A stretch of 64,000 bases of DNA from a virus (Duplodnaviria > Caudoviricetes): IMG/VR virus record IMGVR_UViG_3300023170_004399, positions 64,001 through 128,000 of that record. The stretch is one strand, 5' to 3'. Every line of letters starts with the position of its first letter. Position 1 is the first letter of the stretch. Made by a program: the position numbers and the translations under genes. Shown here one piece after another: positions 46,247 to 57,083 of this stretch. Below the pieces are notes generated by a model. That model was not told the DNA's origin. It searched no databases and saw only the letters and a list, made by a program, of their open reading frames with translations.

Positions 46247-49200
46247 ATGCCAAAGCCAAAAAGTACAACGCTGGACAAGCTGGGTTTAAGTAAAGTCAAG
46301 CTAGGACAATCTGCCGCAACTAATAACACAAAGTGGACAGATAATGAAATAAAAAAATCAGACCTGCTTGTTTTAAGAAATGCAAAGACAGAATTTGTTG
46401 CAAATGTTATAGCGCCTAACGGTTTTCAAGTAGGTTTGACACAGAATGGTTATTCAAAAAATTTATTAGTAACCGGTGATGTTACAGCCACTGGGTTAAC
46501 TGGTTCATTGACACAATTAAAAAGCGGAGCTCCTTACCTTAAATCAGGTACAAATATTGCGATTACTACCGGATCAGATGGCTCTGTTACTATTTCTAGT
46601 GACAATATTGGCACGGCGATAGATATTGCTGGTTTAAGTAATAGTTTAACGTATAGCACACTAGCTTCCGGTGATCTAGCAGCTATAGCTGATGTTAATG
46701 ATTCTAATAATGTAAAAAAAATAACAGTCGCTAACATTGGAAGATATTTAGGGTCAGCAACAAATGCTGGTTTGATTGGCGGCACAAGCAGTGGTAAATT
46801 ATATTTAGATTTTGATAATTTGGCATCAGCCACAGTCAATGTAGGGTCAGATTTAATTGCATTTTATGACAGTAGTTCAACTGACACTATTAAAACTAAA
46901 AAAGATACTATAGCTGATCTGGTTGAAGCAATAAGAGGTACAACGTCTGATACAGGTTTGACTTCTACTAGCGGTGTTTTAAGTATCGATATTACAAATA
47001 TGTCTACTGTCGCCAGTTTAGCTGGTAGCGATGAAATATTAATATATGACATTACAGAATCCGGATTAAAAAAGACAACTGTCAGTGATATACAAAACCT
47101 AGGTTTAGATTTAGACACAGTTAGTGCAGGTATTATCGATGTTGGCAATGACAGTATAGTTTTTATTGATTCAAGCGACTCAAATGGCTCGAAAAAAGAA
47201 AGTGTTGTCGATTTTATAGCAGCTATAGCTGGTACCGGATTGTCAGCTGCAGCTGGTGTTTTAAGCTTAACTTCTAATGCAATAACAGTAACAGCTGGTG
47301 ATGGTTTAACTGGAGGCGGCTCAGTTGCTTTAGGTTCTTCTACGACTTTAACAGTTGATGCATCCGGGTTTGCTGGCACTGGGTTAGAAGATGATGGATC
47401 AGGAAATTTAAGAATTTCTTCTGCTGCAGCTGGAGCTGGTCTGACCGGTGGTTCTGGCACTGCATTGTCACTTAGTTTTGGCAATGGCTCCGGTAACGTT
47501 GCACAAGGTTCAAATACAATTACAATTGTTCCAGGAGATGGGCTATCGACTGGTGGCACTGCTATTATTGGTAACGCTACTTCAAACATTGTTTTAGATA
47601 TAGAGCCAGAAGATTTTGCTGGTACCGGAATATCAGTTAGCAATAATAATATGCATACATATTTAAGCGCTAGTACTAATATTACGATTACAACTGGGTC
47701 TGATGGGCATTTAATAATAGCAGCTGATGGTGCCGGTTTAGGTTCTATGTCATCTTTTAATATTCAAAGCGATGATAGTAACACTAGCACAATCGAGAAT
47801 AGTGAAACTATAATTCTTTCTGGTGGTATTGGTGTTAACACTTATAAACCATCAGATAATCAGATTGTTTTTGACATCGACGACTCAGTTGTTGCAACGC
47901 TTTCTGGTTCTCAGTTTTCTGGCAATGTCGGAGTAACTGGTTCTATAGAAGCTACTAGTTTCTTTAGTGGATCCATGTTTAAGGCACCAGTCTTATCTGG
48001 ATCTTTGACCCAGCTGGAGGACGGTAGTTCTTATTTGATTGCTGGTAATAATATTACTATCACAACTGGGTCAAATGGATCTATAACGATAGCAGCTGCA
48101 ACTGGCAGTGCTGGCAGTAATCCGGGCAGTCCCGTTAATAGTGTGCAGTTTAACAATTCCGGCACTCTAGGCGGCGATACGGATTTTTTATATAATAGTA
48201 CCGATAATATTTTAACCTTGTCTGGTACCGTACAGCAGTTAACTGCCAGTATATTTTCTACGGAATATTCAGGATCTGTTAGTTTAATTACACAAGCCGA
48301 TTTTGATAGTAACATTACATTTGTTTTACCTGAAGATGTAGGTGAAAAGTTTCAGTTTTTACAAACAGATGGTACTGGTAATTTAACTTTTGACTTTGCA
48401 GATCGTGTAAGAATACAAGTAAGAAATAATTCTGGCTATGATTTAGATGCAGGGACGCCTGTTTATATTACTGGCTATAATGCCGGGGGAGATAGAGCTT
48501 ACATTGCTGTTTCTTCTGCTTCTTTAGATTCTACAATGCCAGCAGCTGCTATTTTGGCAGAAGATTTAAATAATAACTCTAACGGACACGCAGCGCTTAT
48601 TGGTTTTTTAGAAGGCGTAGACACCTCAGCTTTTAGTGTTGGCAACACGTTATATGTTGCAGCGGATGGAGGTTTAACAGATACAAAGCCACTAGATGCG
48701 GATGTGTTGATACAAAACGTTGGATTTGTTTTAAAAGCTGCAAATAACGGAATTATGTATGTAACATCTCCGGGAAGGACAAATGACGTTCCAAACGACT
48801 TGGTAGGAAGAGCTGGTTTATCGGGATCTTTACAAACTTTAGTTAATGGTGACCCATATTTAATTGCTGGTACAAATATTACAATTTCTACTGGGTCCGA
48901 TGGTTCTATAACTATATCATCTACTGGCAGTGGTGGAGGTGGATCAATTACTGCTAGTAGTGGATCGACTACAATAACTAACATGTCGACAATAAGGTTT
49001 GGACCTGGTTTAATTATGAATGAAGATTCAACAGGAATAGCATCTGTCACAGCATCAATTGGCTTACCAGAGGATGGTACTTATACTGATGGGCTATTTA
49101 CGGATTTTACGCCGTCAACTCCCATAGGTACAGCTATCGATAGGTTTAATGAAATACTTTCTTCACTCTCACCTAGTCCAGCTCCTGCTTTGGACAACAT

Positions 49201-52200
49201 ATCAGAAAATGTGTCTAATGGTATCAGTGCAGTTTTATCTTTTGGTGCTAGTAATGATCAAACTTCTGAAACACCATCATATCCGTCTGTGTTGTCAACT
49301 GCAGGACTTGGCGACGAAAAAGATGTAAATGAAACATATTCAGCAACAACTGATGGTGACAACAATATCAGATTAGGAATATATGCTAAAACACAAGATG
49401 TTAGTGGGATATTAAATGATGATGTCGTTAGTAATAATCAAGGTGGCGGCAGTTATGTAAATTATCCTGCAAATAGCTTTGGTGATGGTGATACTGGTGT
49501 TTTAAAACTAGAAGTCAACGGATCTGTGTTAAAAGAGATAGATTTAACAGTCGAAGCTGGCGCAGGTGACTCTGGGTCAGGTACTGCTGACTATTTGAAT
49601 GCAAATTTATCTGGTTTTTTAAATATATCTACAGCTACGGCCGGTACCTTTTCAAATGGTAGCACTTTTGAAACATTTAAACACAGAACCGGTGAATATA
49701 TTGTTAAAACTGCAGATCAAAGAAACGGTTGGAACTACTTAAGAGTTACTCATGTTAAAACCGGATCAACTGTAACAACTAATTATGTTGAATGGGTTAA
49801 TGATGATAATGCGGATGCATTAAATAGCGCTGGAAATTCAATTAATTTTGAAGGGTCCGGCTCAATACATTTATCCGGTGTAGAATACTTTCAAAGTGGC
49901 AGCTTAACATATAACAATCGTGTCTCTAATGCTTATAAATACGTATATGACACAAATAATGTGACATTTTCAACTTCTAATTCAGCAGATAGTAGCAACA
50001 GTCTATCATTTAGTTTTTCTGCGCTATCAAAAGAGTCGATTGACACTGCTGGCGGTGAAGATCATACAAAACAGCTACATATTACTAGGTCAACTGATAT
50101 TGACGCAAATTATTTTTTAAATGGCACAGTAACTGTTGGCACAAATGTAACTCATCCTTTAAAAGCAAACCTTTCTAACTCTGGTCAGGCAACAGCTAAT
50201 CAAATATTGATGTATAATCTAACAAATACGTCAAGTCCGCAGCTGGAAACGTTTAGAAGGGAAGATTACCGCATAATATCTAGCAGTTATGACACACAGG
50301 CTAGTACTACTGCGTCAGAAAACATATGGAACTCAGAAACATACATTACAGGATCCGGAGCACACAGTGATGGGCTGCAATTTTATGATAGAAAGCTATT
50401 TGCGCCAACAAATACTTTAAATTCAGGCGACTTTTCATCTTTTGCAAATGGTCCATCAGGAAACCCGGATTATTCCGCGGAAACTAGTGGAAAAAGAACA
50501 TTTTTTAGAACCTTTCAAAACAATTCTGGTGATTTTGCTCGAGATTTTGATATTACAATATCAGGTACTGGCACAGATATTGATAGTTTAGGTACGTCTT
50601 TGAGCACAGACAACATACATGTATTGATTAGATGTCCACAAACCAGTAGTTGGATGGATTTAGGTAGTGAATTTAACTATCAATCTAGCAGTTACGGCGA
50701 TGGTGGTTACATTGGTACGTTTACTCGTGCTTTAGGAACACAAAATCATTTTAGTTTTGGCACCGGGTCTATAGCTGCAAATGACAGAATTGTTGTAGCC
50801 ATCGAAGCCGATGCCAGCTGGGCAGGTAATATATCAGAAATATCAGTAAATTTTCCAGCGACAGCTAATAATGCTGTAAATGACTCTGACCCTGTACAAG
50901 ATTTAGATTCTGCGGACAGCGGCAACGTTGGATACTTAAGTTTCGGTGCTAGCAATGATTTGTCTTCTGTCGCTGATGGCAGTTATGTTAGTGTTACAAA
51001 TGCAGCTGGGTTAGGAAGTGAAGACGTTAATGATCTGTATACTACTGAAACATCATCTGGAAATGAAAGAATTAGATTATTTCAGAAAACAACAGAAATT
51101 AATGGTACAGTTAACCAGAGTACGAATGCTAACGGTAACAGTTACCCGGCGAATAGTTTTAGAGATGGCCACACTGGTTCTCTAGTGTTAGAAATTAATG
51201 GCGTTGAAAGCCACAGTGTAGACTTGTATAATTTTACTTTAGGCACAGTTGGTAATACTACCTCATATAACTCGAATGGATCCGGGTTTTTTAATATTAC
51301 AGAGGCGCTTAATGGAAAAGATGGCGACAATTTACCTGATTTTCGGAAATTTTATAGAACAGCAGATTACAAAGTCTCAACTGCGGATCAAGTTAACGGC
51401 ATGAACTATGTTAGAGTAATACACAGAATAGATGGTGAAACAGATCGTGAAACTGATTACATAGAGTGGGTCAATGATGATGACTCTAACAACATATCAA
51501 TATCGAATACAGGGTATACTCAGTTTGGAGCGGCTGCATTTTATAATTTGTCTGGTGTCAAGTACTTCACAACTACCAATAGGCCAACTGGAAGTTTTGA
51601 TTTTACAGTTTCAAATGCATACAGAAACGTTTACAGTGACAGCAGCAGTGCTATATCAACATCTACTTCATTATTTACAGTAACCAGCATTGAAGTGTCA
51701 GGTTCGAAGTTAACATCAGGCGGTAACACCGTTTCTGGCACATCTCGTTCACTACAAACATTAGATGCGACAAAAAGTGACGTGCATGAAGCTGTGTTCG
51801 ATGTTACAGCAAGTATTAGATACTCCGGAGCAAATTCACTACCCCCTTCTTCAGTTGGTGTTTCAACAACACAAAGAAGAGGATCTTTTAACTCTACTAT
51901 TTCACACGTTTTTTCTGCAAAGAATGCTAGCGTTGGCAGCACTAACAGTGATTACTTCCTAGTTTTCAGCGATAGTAATACTTCGAATGCAAACACCCGC
52001 GAATATTTCGATAGTGAAACTTATAGATTGGTTTCAGGCAGTTATGCAGCACAGTCGGATGTTACTGATTCTTCGAATGAGTGGTCATCAACGACTAGCT
52101 TAAATGACAATGCTTCTTACCCTGAACATGCTACAGGGTTGTTAATATATAATACGCAACTAATGTCACCTACAAAGGGTCCAGACAGTGGTGATTTTAG

Positions 52201-52654
52201 AGACGTAAATGAGGGCGGAAGTTTTATAGCGCCACCTGGGAACCCAGATTACAGTAGCTTAACAAATAGTGAAAGAGATTATTATCGATACTTTTATAAT
52301 AACACAGTTAATAGTGTTGCGCAAGTAACAATAACTGTTTATGGTGATGCTACTTTGGTAACTAGAGCGACAGCCTTAAGTGGTAAAAATGTATACATCG
52401 ATGCTAAAATTCCTGGCAAAACTGGTTTTTTAGACACAGCTTTAGGCGCGCTTGGTGGAAACAATGATGGAGATGGAGGCCTTTCAGGCGATTTAGATCC
52501 AACCATCGATGGAAGCGGAGCAACAAATATATGTACCTTTAATGGCCAAAGATTACTTGGTTCAATTGAAGGTTCAGAATATTTAATATTAAGAATAGTC
52601 ACAAATGACAGCTGGACAGGATATATATCTAGAATAGACGTGAGTTACAGTTAA
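46247..52654 (+). CDS. giant modular tail fibre / virion protein (2135 aa)
   Basis: Gly/Ser/Thr-rich fibre repeats ('GSLTQL..G..YL.AG.NITI.TGS.GS.TI') in the N-half, and two diverged copies of a ~567-aa module in the C-half. Confidence 0.75.
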   Translation: MPKPKSTTLDKLGLSKVKLGQSAATNNTKWTDNEIKKSDLLVLRNAKTEFVANVIAPNGFQVGLTQNGYSKNLLVTGDVTATGLTGSLTQLKSGAPYLKSGTNIAITTGSDGSVTISSDNIGTAIDIAGLSNSLTYSTLASGDLAAIADVNDSNNVKKITVANIGRYLGSATNAGLIGGTSSGKLYLDFDNLASATVNVGSDLIAFYDSSSTDTIKTKKDTIADLVEAIRGTTSDTGLTSTSGVLSIDITNMSTVASLAGSDEILIYDITESGLKKTTVSDIQNLGLDLDTVSAGIIDVGNDSIVFIDSSDSNGSKKESVVDFIAAIAGTGLSAAAGVLSLTSNAITVTAGDGLTGGGSVALGSSTTLTVDASGFAGTGLEDDGSGNLRISSAAAGAGLTGGSGTALSLSFGNGSGNVAQGSNTITIVPGDGLSTGGTAIIGNATSNIVLDIEPEDFAGTGISVSNNNMHTYLSASTNITITTGSDGHLIIAADGAGLGSMSSFNIQSDDSNTSTIENSETIILSGGIGVNTYKPSDNQIVFDIDDSVVATLSGSQFSGNVGVTGSIEATSFFSGSMFKAPVLSGSLTQLEDGSSYLIAGNNITITTGSNGSITIAAATGSAGSNPGSPVNSVQFNNSGTLGGDTDFLYNSTDNILTLSGTVQQLTASIFSTEYSGSVSLITQADFDSNITFVLPEDVGEKFQFLQTDGTGNLTFDFADRVRIQVRNNSGYDLDAGTPVYITGYNAGGDRAYIAVSSASLDSTMPAAAILAEDLNNNSNGHAALIGFLEGVDTSAFSVGNTLYVAADGGLTDTKPLDADVLIQNVGFVLKAANNGIMYVTSPGRTNDVPNDLVGRAGLSGSLQTLVNGDPYLIAGTNITISTGSDGSITISSTGSGGGGSITASSGSTTITNMSTIRFGPGLIMNEDSTGIASVTASIGLPEDGTYTDGLFTDFTPSTPIGTAIDRFNEILSSLSPSPAPALDNISENVSNGISAVLSFGASNDQTSETPSYPSVLSTAGLGDEKDVNETYSATTDGDNNIRLGIYAKTQDVSGILNDDVVSNNQGGGSYVNYPANSFGDGDTGVLKLEVNGSVLKEIDLTVEAGAGDSGSGTADYLNANLSGFLNISTATAGTFSNGSTFETFKHRTGEYIVKTADQRNGWNYLRVTHVKTGSTVTTNYVEWVNDDNADALNSAGNSINFEGSGSIHLSGVEYFQSGSLTYNNRVSNAYKYVYDTNNVTFSTSNSADSSNSLSFSFSALSKESIDTAGGEDHTKQLHITRSTDIDANYFLNGTVTVGTNVTHPLKANLSNSGQATANQILMYNLTNTSSPQLETFRREDYRIISSSYDTQASTTASENIWNSETYITGSGAHSDGLQFYDRKLFAPTNTLNSGDFSSFANGPSGNPDYSAETSGKRTFFRTFQNNSGDFARDFDITISGTGTDIDSLGTSLSTDNIHVLIRCPQTSSWMDLGSEFNYQSSSYGDGGYIGTFTRALGTQNHFSFGTGSIAANDRIVVAIEADASWAGNISEISVNFPATANNAVNDSDPVQDLDSADSGNVGYLSFGASNDLSSVADGSYVSVTNAAGLGSEDVNDLYTTETSSGNERIRLFQKTTEINGTVNQSTNANGNSYPANSFRDGHTGSLVLEINGVESHSVDLYNFTLGTVGNTTSYNSNGSGFFNITEALNGKDGDNLPDFRKFYRTADYKVSTADQVNGMNYVRVIHRIDGETDRETDYIEWVNDDDSNNISISNTGYTQFGAAAFYNLSGVKYFTTTNRPTGSFDFTVSNAYRNVYSDSSSAISTSTSLFTVTSIEVSGSKLTSGGNTVSGTSRSLQTLDATKSDVHEAVFDVTASIRYSGANSLPPSSVGVSTTQRRGSFNSTISHVFSAKNASVGSTNSDYFLVFSDSNTSNANTREYFDSETYRLVSGSYAAQSDVTDSSNEWSSTTSLNDNASYPEHATGLLIYNTQLMSPTKGPDSGDFRDVNEGGSFIAPPGNPDYSSLTNSERDYYRYFYNNTVNSVAQVTITVYGDATLVTRATALSGKNVYIDAKIPGKTGFLDTALGALGGNNDGDGGLSGDLDPTIDGSGATNICTFNGQRLLGSIEGSEYLILRIVTNDSWTGYISRIDVSYS
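49170..52650 (+). repeat. diverged intragenic duplication, period 1701 nt (567 aa)
   Basis: 'LSFGASND' at nt 49238 and 50939. Also duplicated: 'YPANSF.DG.TG.L.LE.NG', 'TADQ.NG.NY.RV.H', 'EWVNDD', 'SGV.YF', 'GNPDYS'. Confidence 0.85.
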
Positions 52655-55600
52655 TGGCCGGGAAAACAAATTTAACAGCAACATTATTTGCGCAGAAAAA
52701 GCTTCTGAACAAATCTCATACTGGGGTTAATGCTTCTGATGCACAAGAAACTATCCCATCAGCGGTTCAGGTTTCTGCGCAGACTATTTTTGCAGAAGAC
52801 ATACCAACAAATCCTGCAAAAACTCTGTATCTTTTGCAAAGTGCTTCAGCTGGTTTAAATGCAACCGTTGAATATGTACAATTTGATTTAGAAGCAATAT
52901 CAGGTACTGCTTATGACGCAAATGATTATGATTCTGATGCATCAGCGCAATCTCCTGGTACTCATGCCTATCAATTATATTTGACCGGAGACTATACTAG
53001 CTTAACTTCAAACACCAAGGCTGGGAATGGTACTTTTGACAATTCAAGATTACTTTGGGAAACCCTGGGTGCATTACAAATTGTACCACAAAGTTTTTCT
53101 GAGCTAGCGCCTAATCCATACAGATTAGACTTATTTGACCAAAATGGCAATACTATTGACCCGCTAGCTGAATTAGATTGGTCTATTGATACATATAGTG
53201 GAATTTTATTTGTACAAGATTATGATGCTAGCAAAATACCAACAACTGCTCGAGCTTTTATATATGTTGGTCAAATGCTTTCAGAAAGTCTTGGTTCCGG
53301 TGGGGGCGGTGGAGGCTCAGGTGATATCACAGCTGTCACTGCAGGAAACGGCTTAACTGGTGGAGGTACATCAGGTGCAGTTACATTAAATGTTGGTGCC
53401 GGTACTGGTATAACTGTAAATGCTAATGATATACAAATCGACGACTCCGCTGTTGCGACTTTAACTGGTTCAATATTTTCTGGCACTGTACAGGCGCCAG
53501 CATTGTCTGGCTCTCTGACGCACTTGGAAGATGGTACATCATATTTGATAGCAGGGAACAATATAACAATTGTTACTGGATCAAACGGATCTGTTACTAT
53601 TTCTTCAACTGCTAGTGGTGGCGGAGGCGGTGGAAGCGGTGAAAATGATGCAGAATACGTATTAACAACTGCAACTGGATCATTGACAAATGCTAAAGTT
53701 ATAGAAGCTGGAGCAGGTATATCATTAACTACAGGGTCAAACTCTTTAACAATATCCGCAGATATATCTGCTATTAATGGCAGAAGTAAGGTCACATATT
53801 ACTTAACTGGCACTCATAGCGCTTACAATCCTTTAGATATATCAGGGGTTAATTTTTCTGATGCTGGTTATGATTCTAATAAGATAGACGTGTCATTTAA
53901 TGGTCAGTTGTTACACACAGGTTCCAGTGCATTGGTCAATTCTAGTGATAGAGACTATTATCTTTCTGGTACTGGCAGTATTGTGTTTGGATTTGATTTA
54001 GTGCAAGATGATATCATTGATACTGTTATAAGTGTAGTTGGAGGGGGAACAAATAATCAAGGCGGAGAAACTGCAGCTAGTTATCTAGTTTTGTCAAACA
54101 CAGGTTCATTATCTAATGAGAGAGCTTTTGTTGCTAGTACTGGTTTGTCATTTACTGATGGCGGTTCTAATGGTAATTATACACTATCGATAGATGACAG
54201 CGTTGTTGTTACACTTACTAGCTCTGCAGTTTTTTCTAACGGGATATCCGGATCCCTAACACAATTAGAAGATGGTTCGAGTTACTTGGTTGCTGGTGAA
54301 GGAATTTCAATAGTTAGTGGGAGTAATGGTCAAGTTACTATTTCTTCTAGCGGAAACGCTGTAGTAACTAAATGCGTATATAACATTACTGCATCTATAT
54401 CTTCTGGTTCAGCTTTAAGTACTGCACAATCAGATTTTCAATCAGCAGGATACAAACCTAGTCTAATAGACGTTTTTTTCAATGGCGTACTAGCGATGTC
54501 AGGTACAGATACACAGGTAGGAGACGCAGCTGCAGATTATTTTTTATTTACCGACAATGAAATTAAATTTGGGACTAATCTAGAAGAAGGCGATACAGTA
54601 ACCGTTATTACAACAACTACTGGGTCTAACAATTTATCTGCTGGCAGTTGTGGTGAAGGTGGCGAAGTATACACTGCGGGTGTCGGGTTAAATTTGACTG
54701 CTAATCAGTTTAGTATCGATAACACTGTAGTCGCAACTCTAACCGGTTCACAGTTTAGTGGAAACGTAGGGGTAACTGGGTCTCTCGAGACGACCAGTTA
54801 TATGAGCAGTTCAATGTTTAAAGCTGCTATATTGTCGGGATCCTTAACAACCTTAGAAGACGGTAGTGCTTACTTAGTTGCTAGTGATAACATAACTATA
54901 ACAACAGCTTCTTTAGGGCAAATATATATATCATCGACTGATACTGATACTACGTATACAGCTGGCACAGGGTTAAATTTATCTTCGACTGAATTTGAAA
55001 TTGATGATTCTGTCGTAGTTACTCTCACGTCATCCGCAAATTTTTCAAATGGGTTAAGCGGTTCTTTAACACAGTTGACTGACGGTTCTTCTTATCTTAT
55101 TGCAGGTTCTAATGTAACAATTACATCCGCTTCAAACGGAGCAATAACAATTGCATCTACAGGTGGCGGCACCACTTATACAGCTGGGGATGGCTTATCT
55201 TTAGTAGGCACGGAATTTTCTATTACTAGCAGCATTGCCGGATCAGGCCTTACAGAATCTAGCGGTGTTCTCTCAGTTGTTAATGGGACAAACGGTGGTC
55301 TTTTTGTCGATACAAACAGCGTTAGCTTAAATCTAGCCAATCTTGCTGAGGCTGTAGTTGATGTTGCTAGTGACTCAATAGCTATTATTGATGCGGATGG
55401 TTTCACAACAAGGAGGGAAACAATAGCTGATTTGATCGATGCAGCTGCCGGTACCGGAATAAACGCAGCATCCGGTGTGTTTAGCATTGATGATTCTGTT
55501 GTAGCTACTATATCCGGATCTCAATTTTTTGGTAATGTTGGAATTACCGGATCTTTAGGCGTTGAAAGTACAACAATTTTTAACGGTGGTATTCACGAAA

Positions 55601-55938
55601 ACTTTGAAACAAAATCAGCAGCAACAGGTGTTGTAACGCACGATTGTAGTACCGGTCATATCTTTTTCCATTCTGGTTCAACTTCAAACTTTACAGCTAA
55701 CTTTACAAATCTTAATTTAGCTACTGCTTTTGCAACCAACTTGACGCTTTTAGTTACTCAAAGTGCAACAGCATATATTCCATCTGCAGTTCAGATTGAA
55801 GGTTCGGCACAAACACTAATGTGGCAGGGCGGATCTGCGCCGTCTGGAACATCCAATGGTCAAGATGTGATATCATTTAGTATACTTAACAATTCTGGAT
55901 CTTACGTTGTATTGGGTCAATTGGTAGGATTTGGATAA
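52654..55938 (+). CDS. modular tail fibre protein (1094 aa)
   Basis: Repeats 'IDDSVV.TL..S..F', 'GSLTQL.DGSSYL', 'T.YTAG.GL.L', two 'IDV.FNG.L...DY' modules, and a C-terminal 'WQGGSAPSG...DVISFSI...VLGQL' domain. Confidence 0.8.
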   Translation: MAGKTNLTATLFAQKKLLNKSHTGVNASDAQETIPSAVQVSAQTIFAEDIPTNPAKTLYLLQSASAGLNATVEYVQFDLEAISGTAYDANDYDSDASAQSPGTHAYQLYLTGDYTSLTSNTKAGNGTFDNSRLLWETLGALQIVPQSFSELAPNPYRLDLFDQNGNTIDPLAELDWSIDTYSGILFVQDYDASKIPTTARAFIYVGQMLSESLGSGGGGGGSGDITAVTAGNGLTGGGTSGAVTLNVGAGTGITVNANDIQIDDSAVATLTGSIFSGTVQAPALSGSLTHLEDGTSYLIAGNNITIVTGSNGSVTISSTASGGGGGGSGENDAEYVLTTATGSLTNAKVIEAGAGISLTTGSNSLTISADISAINGRSKVTYYLTGTHSAYNPLDISGVNFSDAGYDSNKIDVSFNGQLLHTGSSALVNSSDRDYYLSGTGSIVFGFDLVQDDIIDTVISVVGGGTNNQGGETAASYLVLSNTGSLSNERAFVASTGLSFTDGGSNGNYTLSIDDSVVVTLTSSAVFSNGISGSLTQLEDGSSYLVAGEGISIVSGSNGQVTISSSGNAVVTKCVYNITASISSGSALSTAQSDFQSAGYKPSLIDVFFNGVLAMSGTDTQVGDAAADYFLFTDNEIKFGTNLEEGDTVTVITTTTGSNNLSAGSCGEGGEVYTAGVGLNLTANQFSIDNTVVATLTGSQFSGNVGVTGSLETTSYMSSSMFKAAILSGSLTTLEDGSAYLVASDNITITTASLGQIYISSTDTDTTYTAGTGLNLSSTEFEIDDSVVVTLTSSANFSNGLSGSLTQLTDGSSYLIAGSNVTITSASNGAITIASTGGGTTYTAGDGLSLVGTEFSITSSIAGSGLTESSGVLSVVNGTNGGLFVDTNSVSLNLANLAEAVVDVASDSIAIIDADGFTTRRETIADLIDAAAGTGINAASGVFSIDDSVVATISGSQFFGNVGITGSLGVESTTIFNGGIHENFETKSAATGVVTHDCSTGHIFFHSGSTSNFTANFTNLNLATAFATNLTLLVTQSATAYIPSAVQIEGSAQTLMWQGGSAPSGTSNGQDVISFSILNNSGSYVVLGQLVGFG

Positions 55939-56786
55939 TGTTTAGTTCGTTTACAAGATCGTTTCGTGCTGGTAGAAGACCTCTTGTATCTTCTGGCACA
56001 GCTTGGTCTCCAAGTACGGATATCACACCAGTAGCATGGTTTGATGCATCTGACACTGAAAATTATACTACGAGTGGCACAACATTAACTAGTGTTACTG
56101 ACAAGGCTGGTACATATACTATGAATATTATCAACAATCCGACCGTTGTTGATAATGCGCTTAATGGATATTCTGTATTTGATTTTAATGGTTCTGCGTC
56201 ACTTATAAGCGACTCATTTGAAGCTCAGGTTGATGGTAACGGAAATCATTGGGCAATAGGTTTATTTCTGGCAGATACGGTTGATCACACTAGAGATAGT
56301 TTTTGGTCTTATCAAACAAATCAATCGCCTAAAAGAGATTACGCAATTTCATCGGCGGCTGATGATAATACATGGCCCGGAGAATTAGACTTAGATGCAT
56401 TGTCTTCAAATAGAATATCTTCTACTATAGGTAATAAGGAGAGTTTTGATTCATCATTAAGCGTGGATAATTGGCATATAGTAGTAGCAATTTTTAACAA
56501 AACTGGTAATCAAATTTCTGTAAGGGTAGATGGTGCTAATGCTTTCACTCCAGTTAACGATTATGATAATTCACTGTCAACAAATCAGGATTTAAGGATT
56601 ATGAGAAACAGAGCAAATAGAAGACTAGATGGTCAATTTGCAGAATTTTTTGCAGTCGCTGATCTTCCAGGTACCGGTGGCACAGATATCACAGACGTTG
56701 AAAAAGCAGAAGGTTATCTAGCTCATAAGTGGGGCGTCACTTCCGTTTTGCCTAGTGATCACCCATATAAAAATGACCAGCCATAA
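55938..56786 (+). CDS. LamG/concanavalin-A-like lectin-fold virion protein
   Basis: 'VAWFDASD', 'LDGQFAEFF', 'VEKAEGYLAHKWG'; coupled to the fibre gene. Confidence 0.7.
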   Translation: MFSSFTRSFRAGRRPLVSSGTAWSPSTDITPVAWFDASDTENYTTSGTTLTSVTDKAGTYTMNIINNPTVVDNALNGYSVFDFNGSASLISDSFEAQVDGNGNHWAIGLFLADTVDHTRDSFWSYQTNQSPKRDYAISSAADDNTWPGELDLDALSSNRISSTIGNKESFDSSLSVDNWHIVVAIFNKTGNQISVRVDGANAFTPVNDYDNSLSTNQDLRIMRNRANRRLDGQFAEFFAVADLPGTGGTDITDVEKAEGYLAHKWGVTSVLPSDHPYKNDQP

Positions 56787-56826
56787 ATAAAATTAAAAAT
56801 GCAAATCAACAGATATTATAATATTA

Positions 56827-56838
56827 TTGTATAATTAG
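56827..56838 (+). promoter_or_regulatory. putative promoter -10 box TTGTATAATTA
   Basis: TTGTATAAT recurs at 3108, 7652-7660 (minus strand) and 59432, and GTATAATTA at 34224, each in an intergenic gap upstream of a start codon. Confidence 0.5.
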
Positions 56839-56861
56839 TTATATTACAAATGAGAGATTAA

Positions 56862-57083
56862 ATGAAAACATATAAAACATCAGATCTATCAATCGCTGCA
56901 TATATAATGATGAAAGGCATGAAGCTAATTAACGCGAATAGATCCAGCTCAGGCCAGTTTCAATTTGAGTTTGAAGACCCTAATGATTTAGGTACCAAAT
57001 ATGCAATTGAGTTTACTAGTAGCGACTGTGCTGTTTATGATAATCATGTAAGAAATTTAAAAAAAATATTATATAGAAATTAA
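56862..57083 (+). CDS. DUF5659-like small protein
   Basis: 'YKTSDLSIAAYIMMKG.....F.FEFED' pattern; own upstream TTGTATAAT box. Confidence 0.65.
   Translation: MKTYKTSDLSIAAYIMMKGMKLINANRSSSGQFQFEFEDPNDLGTKYAIEFTSSDCAVYDNHVRNLKKILYRN

Noticed and set aside
46534-55487. Long minus-strand ORFs (e.g. 46864-47643, 48499-49050, 53271-53795, 55176-55487)
   Set aside because: These are antisense shadows of Gly/Ser/Thr/Ala-rich fibre genes. They lie wholly inside longer + strand CDSs and have Pro/Val-rich mirror composition.
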